Shown here piece by piece: positions 39,701 through 47,063 of a DNA stretch of 64,000 nucleotides. Position 1 is the first letter of the stretch; every line of letters begins with the position of its first letter. The notes below the pieces were generated by a model. That model made no database searches, was not told the origin of the DNA, and worked only from the letters and a program-made list of their open reading frames with translations. A program made the position numbers and the translations under genes. Source of the DNA: Myxococcota bacterium (GTDB taxonomy: Bacteria > Myxococcota_A > Polyangia > Polyangiales > Sandaracinaceae); assembly GCA_036149055.1 (NCBI GenBank), contig JAYZQJ010000128.1:1-64000 (forward strand), read 5' to 3'.

Positions 39701-40066
39701 GGCGCCGAAGTCGGACGGGGAGAGGTCCCCGGTCGCGAACAACATCGAGAGGATCGCGAAGCCCTCGCTGTAGCCGGCCCGCAGCGCGATGTTCGACTCC
39801 GCGATCCAGGCGGCGGCCTCGGGCGTCGGCGTGCAGGGGAGCGCGCCCCCGACGCAGGTGACGTCGGCGCCGAACATGCGCGCCGCCAGATCGGCGCTCA
39901 TCGGCATCCCGCGGTCTTCGAGCGCGAAGTTCTCGAAGGTGAAGGCGTCGCGCCGGAAGTCGTACTCCCAGGCGAGATCGGGGGGATGAGAGTCCCCCGA
40001 GCAGCCGGCCCCGGCGAGGGCGATGAGAAGCAGTAGAGACGAGGCGGTGAAGCGGGGTGAGGTCAC
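36776..40066 (-). CDS. Large (1096 aa) lipoprotein: papain-like N-domain, CxNGxxDxxETDVDCGG repeats, Ig-like repeats, Gly-rich C-terminal domain
   Basis: Lipobox AGAGC. DAFTFENF, GYSEGFA, AHALVP and YDSN motifs. Two ETDVDCGG/ESDIDCGG repeats. FTVP...AWGAGGG...GGAGGY...VWVGQGG...GGDGCVVI Gly-rich domain. Confidence 0.8.
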   Translation of the reverse strand: MTSPRFTASSLLLLIALAGAGCSGDSHPPDLAWEYDFRRDAFTFENFALEDRGMPMSADLAARMFGADVTCVGGALPCTPTPEAAAWIAESNIALRAGYSEGFAILSMLFATGDLSPSDFGAETAAELVLPGNLALQAELAYWSASQYALPPTTNRRFIAEDVMQFLVEEAFAEGGERYRLAIARRTEAGFDFAHALVPIGYYRGERADLYFLRVYDSNRPQLEQVIRIDEGAGTWTYDMPLPDGSSVLYEGTRENGNALYFAPIAARRGVLPAPFERDGISVSTEGGLSALASVGDARVGVQGGAVIEENGAALVPVFASCRCGSRGPMRMTIPASGGSDVELTYSGGIGMDEEGGGSVVVNRPGHFSVEITGIDGDASEQDTVRVTEGGELTVASRSGTPVRARVTYQTEDGEVEVTVVVDDGADSVSVRLTPEGKVEVDSTGVDEGETTQVTVTRREPDGTATTSETSYTSDGEDTSRVSVDPETGETTGVELSQLCANGVQDTGETDVDCGGAVCGGCDVGLSCEENADCNGFCSRGTCRNDTCEDRILNGTESDIDCGGTLCGRCIVHDSCREGSDCEDGICVEATCRATYSPRFLVRGLSPGSTLGIDVTVDGVSTRQALSPSTGADFTHVLPRGYAYDLRLDNSDPGLSCVFTRAAFGWTGDGSPNLSGTVHFDRLDVATIDCSYATAAVRANVQGLPPGAVLRITRDLDGTADTVSFNQNGLFTLGSAVSYRLTIPTQPDPVTYGGSLVDTTCNFDVGGALVTDTGFRMPSRPESVALRCSVTSRPTGDAGVGMDAGVDGGRDAGMVADSGVDSGVDSGPPPSCMSGCSAVFDVPTADGVAPSGTFTVPAMCTQVFVAAWGAGGGAGGQETGFPPDRSYGGAGGYVEGTLPVTPGDVFTVWVGQGGEMAGVSAVFGTASIGSLYGTPASGGDGDGDGSFSAGGGSGGGLTSVRQTGSATLQFSVPGGGGGSSDAFAAPAGSGGDATSGGATGPSGEDAPSGDGGGGGGAGEPGGVGGSAFTFTDASGGAFGVLSGGLTPMSSSTGNAVNTGSPDYALCTARRSAAASEPGGVGTTYGGDGCVVIRCVP

Positions 40067-40148
40067 GTCGAGGCGCCGACGCGAACGGGAAATCGGCTCG
40101 GCGCCGCGCTCGCGTACCGCAAGGTACGGCAGTCCGAGCGGAATCCGT

Positions 40149-40178
40149 ACCCTATTTGTAGAAAATTCTACGACTCAA
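40149..40178 (-). promoter_or_regulatory. Putative promoter with spacer palindrome upstream of the 31-40 kb operon
   Basis: Minus strand TTGAGT-N18-TAGGGT, with GTAGAA-AA-TTCTAC (40158-40171) in the spacer. The patch is unusually AT-rich. Confidence 0.5.
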
Positions 40179-40276
40179 TACGGTGGTACCCTGCAGAGGA
40201 CAGTCATTCACGCAGCTCCCCCTCCACGCGGGGGTCCGCCGAGCCGCACAAACGCTGGTAATCCTGAGGTTTTCCG

Positions 40277-40648
40277 CTACTGGACGCGGCCGAGCAGGGT
40301 CTCGGCCTCCTCGGCGTCGAGACCGAGCGCGCCGGCCACCTCGAGCACGCGGTCGCGCTCGATCTGGTGCACGCCGTGGCTCCGCGCCTCCTGCACCGCG
40401 CAGACGAGCGCGTCGCGCGTCGACGCGAGGTCGGCGTCCGCGGCCGCGTCCCGGACCCACTCGAGCGGGTCCTCCATCGCCATCTCGGTGAGCACCTCGA
40501 CGATGTGCCGGTCGATCGTGCCCGGCGGCAGCGGGGCGCGCTTGACGATGAGCTCCCGGAGCACCCGCCGCTCGTCGGCGTCGAGCTCTCGGTCCGCGAA
40601 CGCGACGTAGATGCACGCGCCGATGAGCAACCGCAGCGAGGGATCCAT
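40277..40648 (-). CDS. TerB-family (tellurite resistance-like) protein
   Basis: YVAFADRELDADERRVL...HGVHQIERDRVLEVAGALGL. TAGGCT-N6-ATG upstream. Confidence 0.75.
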   Translation of the reverse strand: MDPSLRLLIGACIYVAFADRELDADERRVLRELIVKRAPLPPGTIDRHIVEVLTEMAMEDPLEWVRDAAADADLASTRDALVCAVQEARSHGVHQIERDRVLEVAGALGLDAEEAETLLGRVQ

Positions 40649-40680
40649 GAGCACAGCCTAGATCCGCTCGGCGCCGAGCG

Positions 40681-41634
40681 TCACTCTCCCCGGGCGAGGG
40701 CGGCGACCTCGTCCCGGGAGAGGGCGCGGTCGAAGACGTGGATCTCGTCGAGGACCCCGTCGAGCGGGAAGACGAGGCGCGAGCCGTCGTTCTCGTCGGC
40801 GCCGATCAGCACGTCCTGGTTGCTGGGGATGACGGTCTCGCCCTCGGCGCGCGCGACCTCCACTCCGTCGACGTACACGAGCTTGTCGCCCCCGGCGTAG
40901 ACCAGCGCGACGTGCGTCCAGCGCTCGAGGGTCAGCGGGTCGGTGGCGTACACGGAGCGGATCTCCACGTCGTTCGTGGTGATGAAGCCGGGCCGCGGCG
41001 CGCCGGACGAGGCGTTGAGGAAGAGCTGCCACACGTTGGCGGAGCCCGAGCCGGCGGGGAGCCCGATGGCCGACTGGCTCCTCACGGTCTCGGGCGCGGG
41101 GTCGTGGAGGTAGAGCCAGAGCGCGACGCTGAAGTCGACGCCGCTGCCCGGCGGGACGTCGGGCACGAAGACCGGGTCGTACGACACACGCAGCCGGCGC
41201 GACTCGGCGGTGAAGTCGCAGCCGTTCCCCACCCGGCCGGCGACCACGTCGGGGCAGCCCGCGGCGTCGCAGCGCCCGTCCCGCGCGGCCCCGCTGACGT
41301 CGCGCACGAAGGCGCCGTCGAGCGCCTCGCAGGCGTAGCTCGCGACCGGACCGGCGGGGCCGGCGTCCGGCGCGCCTCCGTCCCGACCAGCGTCCCGACC
41401 GCCGTCTATCAGGCCTCCGTCGGCGGGGCCTCCGTCTCGACCGGCGTCGTCGGGAGGCCGGCCGGCGTCGGGCGCGTCTCCGGGCAGGCACACGCCGCTC
41501 GGGCCGCAGTGATGGCCGGGCGCGCAGGGGCACGGGCGGTCTTCGAGCACGTCGGCCGGCACGACGCAGCCCACCGCGAGCAGGGCCGAGAGCGTCAGCC
41601 GAGCCGCCTGGAGGCCGCGAGACCAGGTCGTCAC
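40681..41634 (-). CDS. LamG/ConA-like domain lipoprotein
   Basis: Lipobox LAVGC. FSVALW, WTHVALVY, YVDGVE, IGA and LDEIHVFDRALS motifs. Confidence 0.88.
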   Translation of the reverse strand: MTTWSRGLQAARLTLSALLAVGCVVPADVLEDRPCPCAPGHHCGPSGVCLPGDAPDAGRPPDDAGRDGGPADGGLIDGGRDAGRDGGAPDAGPAGPVASYACEALDGAFVRDVSGAARDGRCDAAGCPDVVAGRVGNGCDFTAESRRLRVSYDPVFVPDVPPGSGVDFSVALWLYLHDPAPETVRSQSAIGLPAGSGSANVWQLFLNASSGAPRPGFITTNDVEIRSVYATDPLTLERWTHVALVYAGGDKLVYVDGVEVARAEGETVIPSNQDVLIGADENDGSRLVFPLDGVLDEIHVFDRALSRDEVAALARGE

Positions 41635-41690
41635 CGGGACAGTCTACCAGCGCCGCTCGACGGAGGCGCCGTGGGGGCTAGCTCCGGAGC

Positions 41691-42044
41691 ATGCTGCACC
41701 TGCGCGAGCGGAACGGGAGCCGGGTCGTCGTCGAGGCCACCGGGAAGCTGACCGAGGCGGACTACCACCGGCTCGTGCCGCAGCTCGAGCACGCGATGGA
41801 GCTCGGCGGGAAGCTCCGCATGATGGTGCGCCTGCTCGACTTCAAGGGCTGGACGGTGGGCGCGCTGATCGAGGACCTGGGCTTCGACCTCCAGCACCGA
41901 AACGACATGGAGAAGATCGCGGTGGTCGGCGAGCGGCGGCTCGAGGCGTTCGGCGTCGCGCTCTCCAAGGCGCTCTTCAGCGGCGAGCTGCGCTACTTCG
42001 AGGACGAGGCGAGCGCCCTCGCCTGGCTCGACGCGGACGCGTAG
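41691..42044 (+). CDS. SpoIIAA-like (STAS/SEC14) protein
   Basis: ATGKLTEADY...FKGW...KIAVVG...LRYF...ALAWL. Confidence 0.85.
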   Translation: MLHLRERNGSRVVVEATGKLTEADYHRLVPQLEHAMELGGKLRMMVRLLDFKGWTVGALIEDLGFDLQHRNDMEKIAVVGERRLEAFGVALSKALFSGELRYFEDEASALAWLDADA

Positions 42045-42053
42045 CCTCGGGGC

Positions 42054-42605
42054 GTGCCGCGATACGCCCCGATCGATCCCGACGCGCCCGACGTGCTGAC
42101 CGTGGACGGCCTCCTCTCCGCCGAGGAGTGCGCGCGCGTCATCGCCGACGCGGAGCGGCGCGGCTTCGAGGCGGCGACCATCGCCTACCGGGACGGCGCC
42201 CGGCTGAACCCCGAGGCCCGGAACAACACGCGGGTCGACCTCGAGGACGCGGCGCTCGAGCGCCTGCTCTTCGAGCGGGCCGGGCCGGCGCTGCCGACGC
42301 TGCACGGCGAGCGCGCGGTCGGCCTGAACCCGCGGCTGCGGGTGTACCGATACGGACCGGGCGAGCGCTTCGCGACGCACCGCGACGGCTGGGTGGAGCT
42401 CGACGGACGGCGCAGCCGGCTGACCCTGATGGTCTACCTCTCGGCGGTCGAGGAGGGCGGGGAGACGACCTTCACCCGCCTGGCGCGCCGGGTCGCCCCG
42501 GCCCCGGGACGCGCCGTGCTCTTCCAGCACTCGCTCCTGCACGCGTCGGAGCCGGTGGTCCGTGGGACGAAATACGTGTTGCGCACCGACGTGCTCTTTG
42601 GCTGA
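42054..42605 (+). CDS. 2OG-Fe(II) oxygenase (prolyl-4-hydroxylase-like)
   Basis: LLSAEEC, LNPRLRVYRY, HRD, LMVYL, GGETTF and H...GTKYVLRTD. Confidence 0.9.
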   Translation: MPRYAPIDPDAPDVLTVDGLLSAEECARVIADAERRGFEAATIAYRDGARLNPEARNNTRVDLEDAALERLLFERAGPALPTLHGERAVGLNPRLRVYRYGPGERFATHRDGWVELDGRRSRLTLMVYLSAVEEGGETTFTRLARRVAPAPGRAVLFQHSLLHASEPVVRGTKYVLRTDVLFG

Positions 42606-42707
42606 CCGGGGCAGATCGCCGCATGGAGATCACCAGAAAGGGGCGCAGACGGGAGGCGGCACGACGTGTGATCATGGGGAAGGCCGAAACCCTCTGATGG
42701 AGATTTC

Positions 42708-42860
42708 ATGAGCGCCATCCTGACCCTGCCCATCACCTGCGTCCTCTGCGGAAAGCGCCGCATGGAGAGCCTCCGCCCGGCGGACGCGTGGGAGTGCCGC
42801 GACTGCCGCGACACCAAGAAGGAGAAGGAGTCCTCGTCGGACTGGAAGGCGGCCGGATGA
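42708..42860 (+). CDS. 50-aa CxxC...CxxC zinc-ribbon microprotein (not in the ORF track)
   Basis: MSAILTLPITCVLCGKRRMESLRPADAWECRDCRDTKKEKESSSDWKAAG, with SD GGAG 5 nt upstream and strong GC3 bias. Confidence 0.7.
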   Translation: MSAILTLPITCVLCGKRRMESLRPADAWECRDCRDTKKEKESSSDWKAAG

Positions 42861-42965
42861 TCACCTGATGCGATCGAGGCGGGCACCGCGTGTACGCGGT
42901 CCCCCTCGGTCGACATCGACGCGCCGGGTCCGACCGCGGGCACGCGCGTTGCCGATCGAGCGGTC

Positions 42966-43712
42966 ATGCGACGGATCGGCATGGGCGCGGCGTGGGTCCT
43001 CACGCTGCTGGTGGGGGCGCTCCTTCTCTCGGGCTGGCTGGGCTGGCTCGACATGGAGCGGGCGCTGGAGCTGGTGATGGGCGCGGTGTCGCTGGGCGGG
43101 CTGTGGCTCGTGGTCTGGCTGCCGTGGGATCTCTACTTCGGCGCGCGCGGGCTCGCGGCGGAGCAGGCCGACGGAACCGCGCGGGGCATCGAGGTCAGCG
43201 AGGCCGACCGCGCGGAGGCGAGGCGGCTCGCGCCCCGGCTGCTCGCCCTGTGCCTCTCGCTCCACGTCGGCGCGGCCGGCGGCCTCGCGCTCACCGCCTG
43301 GCTCACCGAGGGCGCGCTCGGCTACTGGTTCGCGGCCGCCTACCTCGTGGCCATCGGCCTGCGACCGCTCGGCGCCTTCTACCGCCACGTGAGCGCGCGC
43401 CTCGACGCGCTGCACGCCCGCACCCGTCACCCGCGCGAGGACGTGGTCGCGCTCCGCCATCGGGTGGAGACCCTCGAGCACGAGCTCTCCGCGCTGCGAG
43501 AGCGGGAGCTGCCGGCGCTTCGCGACCGGGACGACGCGCTCGAGGCGCAGCAGAGCGCCGATCGACACGAGGCGCGCTCCCGCCTCACCGCGGTGGACGC
43601 GAAGATGGACGAGGTGCTGCTCGAGCTCGAGCGCTCGGTGGCCCGCCTCACCCGGGACCGCGAGCTCCTGCAGGGGATCCGCGCCTTCGTGCGGGCGGTG
43701 AAAGAGGCGTGA
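42966..43712 (+). CDS. Membrane protein with C-terminal coiled coil
   Basis: Four hydrophobic segments (WLPWDLYF), then a heptad-rich tail. Confidence 0.75.
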   Translation: MRRIGMGAAWVLTLLVGALLLSGWLGWLDMERALELVMGAVSLGGLWLVVWLPWDLYFGARGLAAEQADGTARGIEVSEADRAEARRLAPRLLALCLSLHVGAAGGLALTAWLTEGALGYWFAAAYLVAIGLRPLGAFYRHVSARLDALHARTRHPREDVVALRHRVETLEHELSALRERELPALRDRDDALEAQQSADRHEARSRLTAVDAKMDEVLLELERSVARLTRDRELLQGIRAFVRAVKEA

Positions 43713-43747
43713 GGAATGCTTCGGGGCGCCCGTGGCATTCTCTGTCC

Positions 43748-44368
43748 ATGAGCCGGCGCGTCCTGGATCTCGTGCTCGCGGGCGGAGCCACCGGGTTCTT
43801 CCTGCCGCTCCAGCTCGGCGCGGCCGCGCTGATCCGCCTGGAGGACGGCGGCCCCGCGATCTTCCGGCAATCGCGCCTCGGCAAAGACCGCGTGCCCTTC
43901 GTGGTGCCGAAGCTGCGCACCATGCGGGACGGGGAGGTCACCCGGGTCGGGCGCTGGCTGCGGGCCACCGGGATCGACGAGACGCCGCAGTTCCTCTGCG
44001 TGCTGCGCGGGGACATGGCGATCGTCGGGCCGCGGCCGCTCACCGCCGCCGACGTGGCGCGCCTCGGCTGGACCGGGCCCGAGCACGACGCGCGCTTCGC
44101 GGTGCCGCCCGGGATCACCGGGCTCGCGCAGGTCTTCGGGGGCGTGAGCGCCCGGCACTCGCGCGCGCTCGACGCCCTCTACGCCCGGCGCGCCTCGGTG
44201 GGGCTGGATCTCTGGCTCATCGGCGTCTCGTTCGCGATGAACCTCGCCGGCAAGCGGCGGGTGCGCGGCTGGCTCAGGCGGGCCCCACGACCGCTCGGCG
44301 CCCGCTCGCGACCGCTCGGTCGATCGGCGGCAACGTTCCGGCCCGACCGGCTGTCCGAGTCGCGATGA
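43748..44368 (+). CDS. Minimal bacterial sugar transferase (PglC/WbaP-C-terminal-like phosphoglycosyl transferase)
   Basis: RRVLDL, GPAIFRQSRLG, KLRTM, TRVGRWLRATGIDETPQ, GDMAIVGPRP and PGITGLAQV. Confidence 0.88.
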   Translation: MSRRVLDLVLAGGATGFFLPLQLGAAALIRLEDGGPAIFRQSRLGKDRVPFVVPKLRTMRDGEVTRVGRWLRATGIDETPQFLCVLRGDMAIVGPRPLTAADVARLGWTGPEHDARFAVPPGITGLAQVFGGVSARHSRALDALYARRASVGLDLWLIGVSFAMNLAGKRRVRGWLRRAPRPLGARSRPLGRSAATFRPDRLSESR

Positions 44369-45915
44369 CCATCGCCCCCGACGCCCCCTTCCGCGAGCAC
44401 GTGAAGCCGCGCCCGCTCCCCCGGCCCTTCCGCGAGCCGCCTCCCCTGCCCCGCGCGGCCGGCCGGCCGAGGCCGAAGACCGCGCTGCTGATCAACCCGT
44501 TCTACCCGAAGGATCCACACGCCAGCTTCGGCAAGCACGTGCTGACGCCCACCCTCGCGCTCACCAGCGTGGCCGGCGCGACGCCGCCCGACTGGGAGGT
44601 GGCCTACTGGGACGAGAACCTGCTGAGCGGCGCCGCGCCGGCGGACCCGCCGCCCGCGGTGGTGGGGATCACCGTGCACCTCACCTTCGCCGACCGCGCG
44701 TTCGCGCTCGCTCGGGCCTACCGGGCGATGGGGTCGAAGGTCGTGCTCGGCGGGCTGCACGTGATCTCCTGCCCGGAGGAGTGCGCGCCGCACGCCGACG
44801 CGCTCGCGCTCGGCGACGGAGTCCAGCTCTGGGGCCGGATCCTGGGCGACGCGGCCGCCGGCCGGCTCGCGCCTCGCTACGAGGTCGACTTTCGCAGCGA
44901 CTACGCCGCCGATCCCGCGCCCCGCCGCGACCTGCTGAAGCGGCGCGCGTTCCTCACGACCACGAGCCTCAACGCGACCCGCGGCTGCCACAACCGCTGC
45001 GGCTTCTGCTACCTCGCCACCGACGGGCTGCGCATGCCCTACCGGATGCGCGAGCCGGCGCAGATCGCGCGCGAGATCGAGGAGGACGGCCAGCCCTACG
45101 TCGTCTTCACCGACAACAACCTCGGCTCCTCCAAGCGCTACCTGCACCAGCTCTGCGAGGCGCTGCGCCCCCTGGAGATCATCTGGAGCGCGGCGGTGAC
45201 CATCGACGTGACCGACGACCCGTCGCTCGTCCGCGCGATGGCGCTCAGCGGCTGCACCGGCGTCTTCATCGGCTTCGAGAGCCTCTCGGGCGAGAACCTC
45301 GACGACGCCCGCAAGAAGACGCCGCGGCCGGAGGACTACGCGCGCCGGGTGCGCCTGCTCCACGACCACGGCATCCAGGTGAACGGCAGCTTCGTGGTCG
45401 GCTTCGATCACGATCGCGCCGACTGCTTCGCCGAGCTCGCGAGCTGGGTCGAGGACAACCGCCTCGAGAACGCGACCTATCACATCCTCACGCCCTACCC
45501 GCGCACGCCGCTCTTCCGGCAGCTCGAGGCCGAAGGCCGCATCCTGCACCGGGATTGGCGACGCTACGACACCGCGCACGTCGTCTTCCGTCCGAAGCAC
45601 CTGCGCCCGGACGAGCTGCAGCGCGGCTACGAGTGGCTCTACCAACGCACCTTCGGCGCGGCCTCGATCTGGCGACGCCGGCCGGACGACCCGCGCGCGG
45701 TGCCGCCGTACCTGGCGATGGCCTACCTCTACAAGCGCTCGAACCCCCTCTGGCGCCTGCTCATCGAGCGGGACCTCACCCAGTGGGCGTGGCGGCCGCT
45801 CGTCGAGTGGACGCGGCTCCGGCACGTGCGGAGGCGGGCCGAGCTGGCGGCGAGGCCGCTCGAGGGCGCGACCACGAAGGTGCGCCTCCCCACGGTGGTG
45901 CACGCCAGCGTGTGA
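44365..45915 (+). CDS. B12-binding-domain radical SAM protein
   Basis: VVGIT and KVVLGGLH cobalamin-binding segment. TRGCHNRCGFC, FIGFES and LTPYPRTPLF. ATGA coupled. Confidence 0.9.
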   Translation: MTIAPDAPFREHVKPRPLPRPFREPPPLPRAAGRPRPKTALLINPFYPKDPHASFGKHVLTPTLALTSVAGATPPDWEVAYWDENLLSGAAPADPPPAVVGITVHLTFADRAFALARAYRAMGSKVVLGGLHVISCPEECAPHADALALGDGVQLWGRILGDAAAGRLAPRYEVDFRSDYAADPAPRRDLLKRRAFLTTTSLNATRGCHNRCGFCYLATDGLRMPYRMREPAQIAREIEEDGQPYVVFTDNNLGSSKRYLHQLCEALRPLEIIWSAAVTIDVTDDPSLVRAMALSGCTGVFIGFESLSGENLDDARKKTPRPEDYARRVRLLHDHGIQVNGSFVVGFDHDRADCFAELASWVEDNRLENATYHILTPYPRTPLFRQLEAEGRILHRDWRRYDTAHVVFRPKHLRPDELQRGYEWLYQRTFGAASIWRRRPDDPRAVPPYLAMAYLYKRSNPLWRLLIERDLTQWAWRPLVEWTRLRHVRRRAELAARPLEGATTKVRLPTVVHASV

Positions 45916-46581
45916 TCAGGCGCGGCGCGACCGGCCGACCCAGCTCTCCATGCGATCGAGGGACGCGAGGAAGCGCTCGTGGATGTCCTCCACCGTGCTC
46001 TTCTTCACGCTCTCGCGGGCGAGCAGGTGATCGCGCCAGCGCTGCACGTTCGGGAAGCCGGCGAAGACGTCGATCGAGTCGTCGACCGCGTCCATCCAGG
46101 TCAGCCGCTGCAGCCCCGGCGCGGTGGCGCTGTCGACCAGCGACATCTCCGCCCCGTAGAAGAAGGGCCCCTTCACCTCGGCGTCGAGCTTCTCGAGCCG
46201 CTTCCGGACCTCCGCGAGCGCCTCGGTCGCGGCCTCCTCGTCCTTGGCCGACTGCAGGCGCCAGGCGTCGCCGAGCAGGGTGGAGGAGAGCTCGATCCAG
46301 GCGCGCCCGTAGGCGCGCTCGAGCGAATCCTCGGGCAGCATCCGGCCCTCGGTCACCTCGTCGAGGTACTCGTTGATGACCGCCGACTCGAAGAGCACGG
46401 TGTCTTCGTCGACGATCAGCACCGGCACCTTGCCGAGCGGAGAGATGTCGAGGAACCAGTCCGGCTTGTCCTTCAGGCTGATGTAGCGGATGTCGAAGGG
46501 GACGCCCTTCTCGTTCAGCGTGATCACGCTGCGCTGCACGAAGGGACAGAGCTCGAAGCTCACCAGCTCGAAGTGGGGCAT
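45916..46581 (-). CDS. Glutathione S-transferase
   Basis: LCPFVQR, ISPLGKVPVL and LFESAVINEYLDE. Confidence 0.93.
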   Translation of the reverse strand: MPHFELVSFELCPFVQRSVITLNEKGVPFDIRYISLKDKPDWFLDISPLGKVPVLIVDEDTVLFESAVINEYLDEVTEGRMLPEDSLERAYGRAWIELSSTLLGDAWRLQSAKDEEAATEALAEVRKRLEKLDAEVKGPFFYGAEMSLVDSATAPGLQRLTWMDAVDDSIDVFAGFPNVQRWRDHLLARESVKKSTVEDIHERFLASLDRMESWVGRSRRA

Positions 46582-46644
46582 GCCCGCTCTCTAAGGCCGA
46601 CGCGCGGCGTTGCCACCCGGGATCTCGGGCTCCAAGCTCCCCCG

Positions 46645-47061
46645 GTGACCGAGCCGCGCATCACCGCCGACGAGCTGTCTCGCCTGCTGCGGGAGACGAT
46701 CCCGCTGACCACGCAGGTGGGGCTCCGCGTGACCTCCATCGGCTGGGGCACCTGCTCGGTGCTGCTCCCGGCCAGCGACACGACCCTGCGCGCGGGCGGG
46801 ACGGTCAGCGGACCGGCGATGTTCGCGATCGCCGACACCGCCCTCTACGGCGCGGTGCTGAGCCGGATCGGCATGGAGCCGCTCGCCGTCACCAGCGACC
46901 TGACGCTCCGGTTCCTGCGCAAGCCGCCCCGCGCGGACCTCCACGGAGAGGGCCGCCTGCTCCGGCTCGGCCGCCGCCAGGCGGTGGGTGAGATCCAGAT
47001 CTTCGGCGACGATCGAGAGACGCTCGTCGCCCACGCGACCGGCACCTACGCCCTGCCCTGA
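46645..47061 (+). CDS. PaaI-family hotdog-fold thioesterase
   Basis: LRAGGTVSGPAMFAIAD, AVTSDLTLRFLRKP and VAHATGTYALP. GTG start. Confidence 0.88.
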   Translation: MTEPRITADELSRLLRETIPLTTQVGLRVTSIGWGTCSVLLPASDTTLRAGGTVSGPAMFAIADTALYGAVLSRIGMEPLAVTSDLTLRFLRKPPRADLHGEGRLLRLGRRQAVGEIQIFGDDRETLVAHATGTYALP

Positions 47062-47063
47062 TC

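Noticed and set aside
40155..40172. TTGTAGA...TTCTAC resembling a Cas12a repeat stem
   Set aside because: The arms are in the wrong order, it is a single copy and there is no array.
40277..40648. TerB gene as part of a ter stress/anti-phage cluster
   Set aside because: A solitary gene with no other ter or defence genes nearby.
42676..42705. GCCGAAAC...CTGATG resembling a hammerhead ribozyme core
   Set aside because: Only about 4 nt separate the motifs, leaving no room for stems I and III, and CUGAUGA is not complete.
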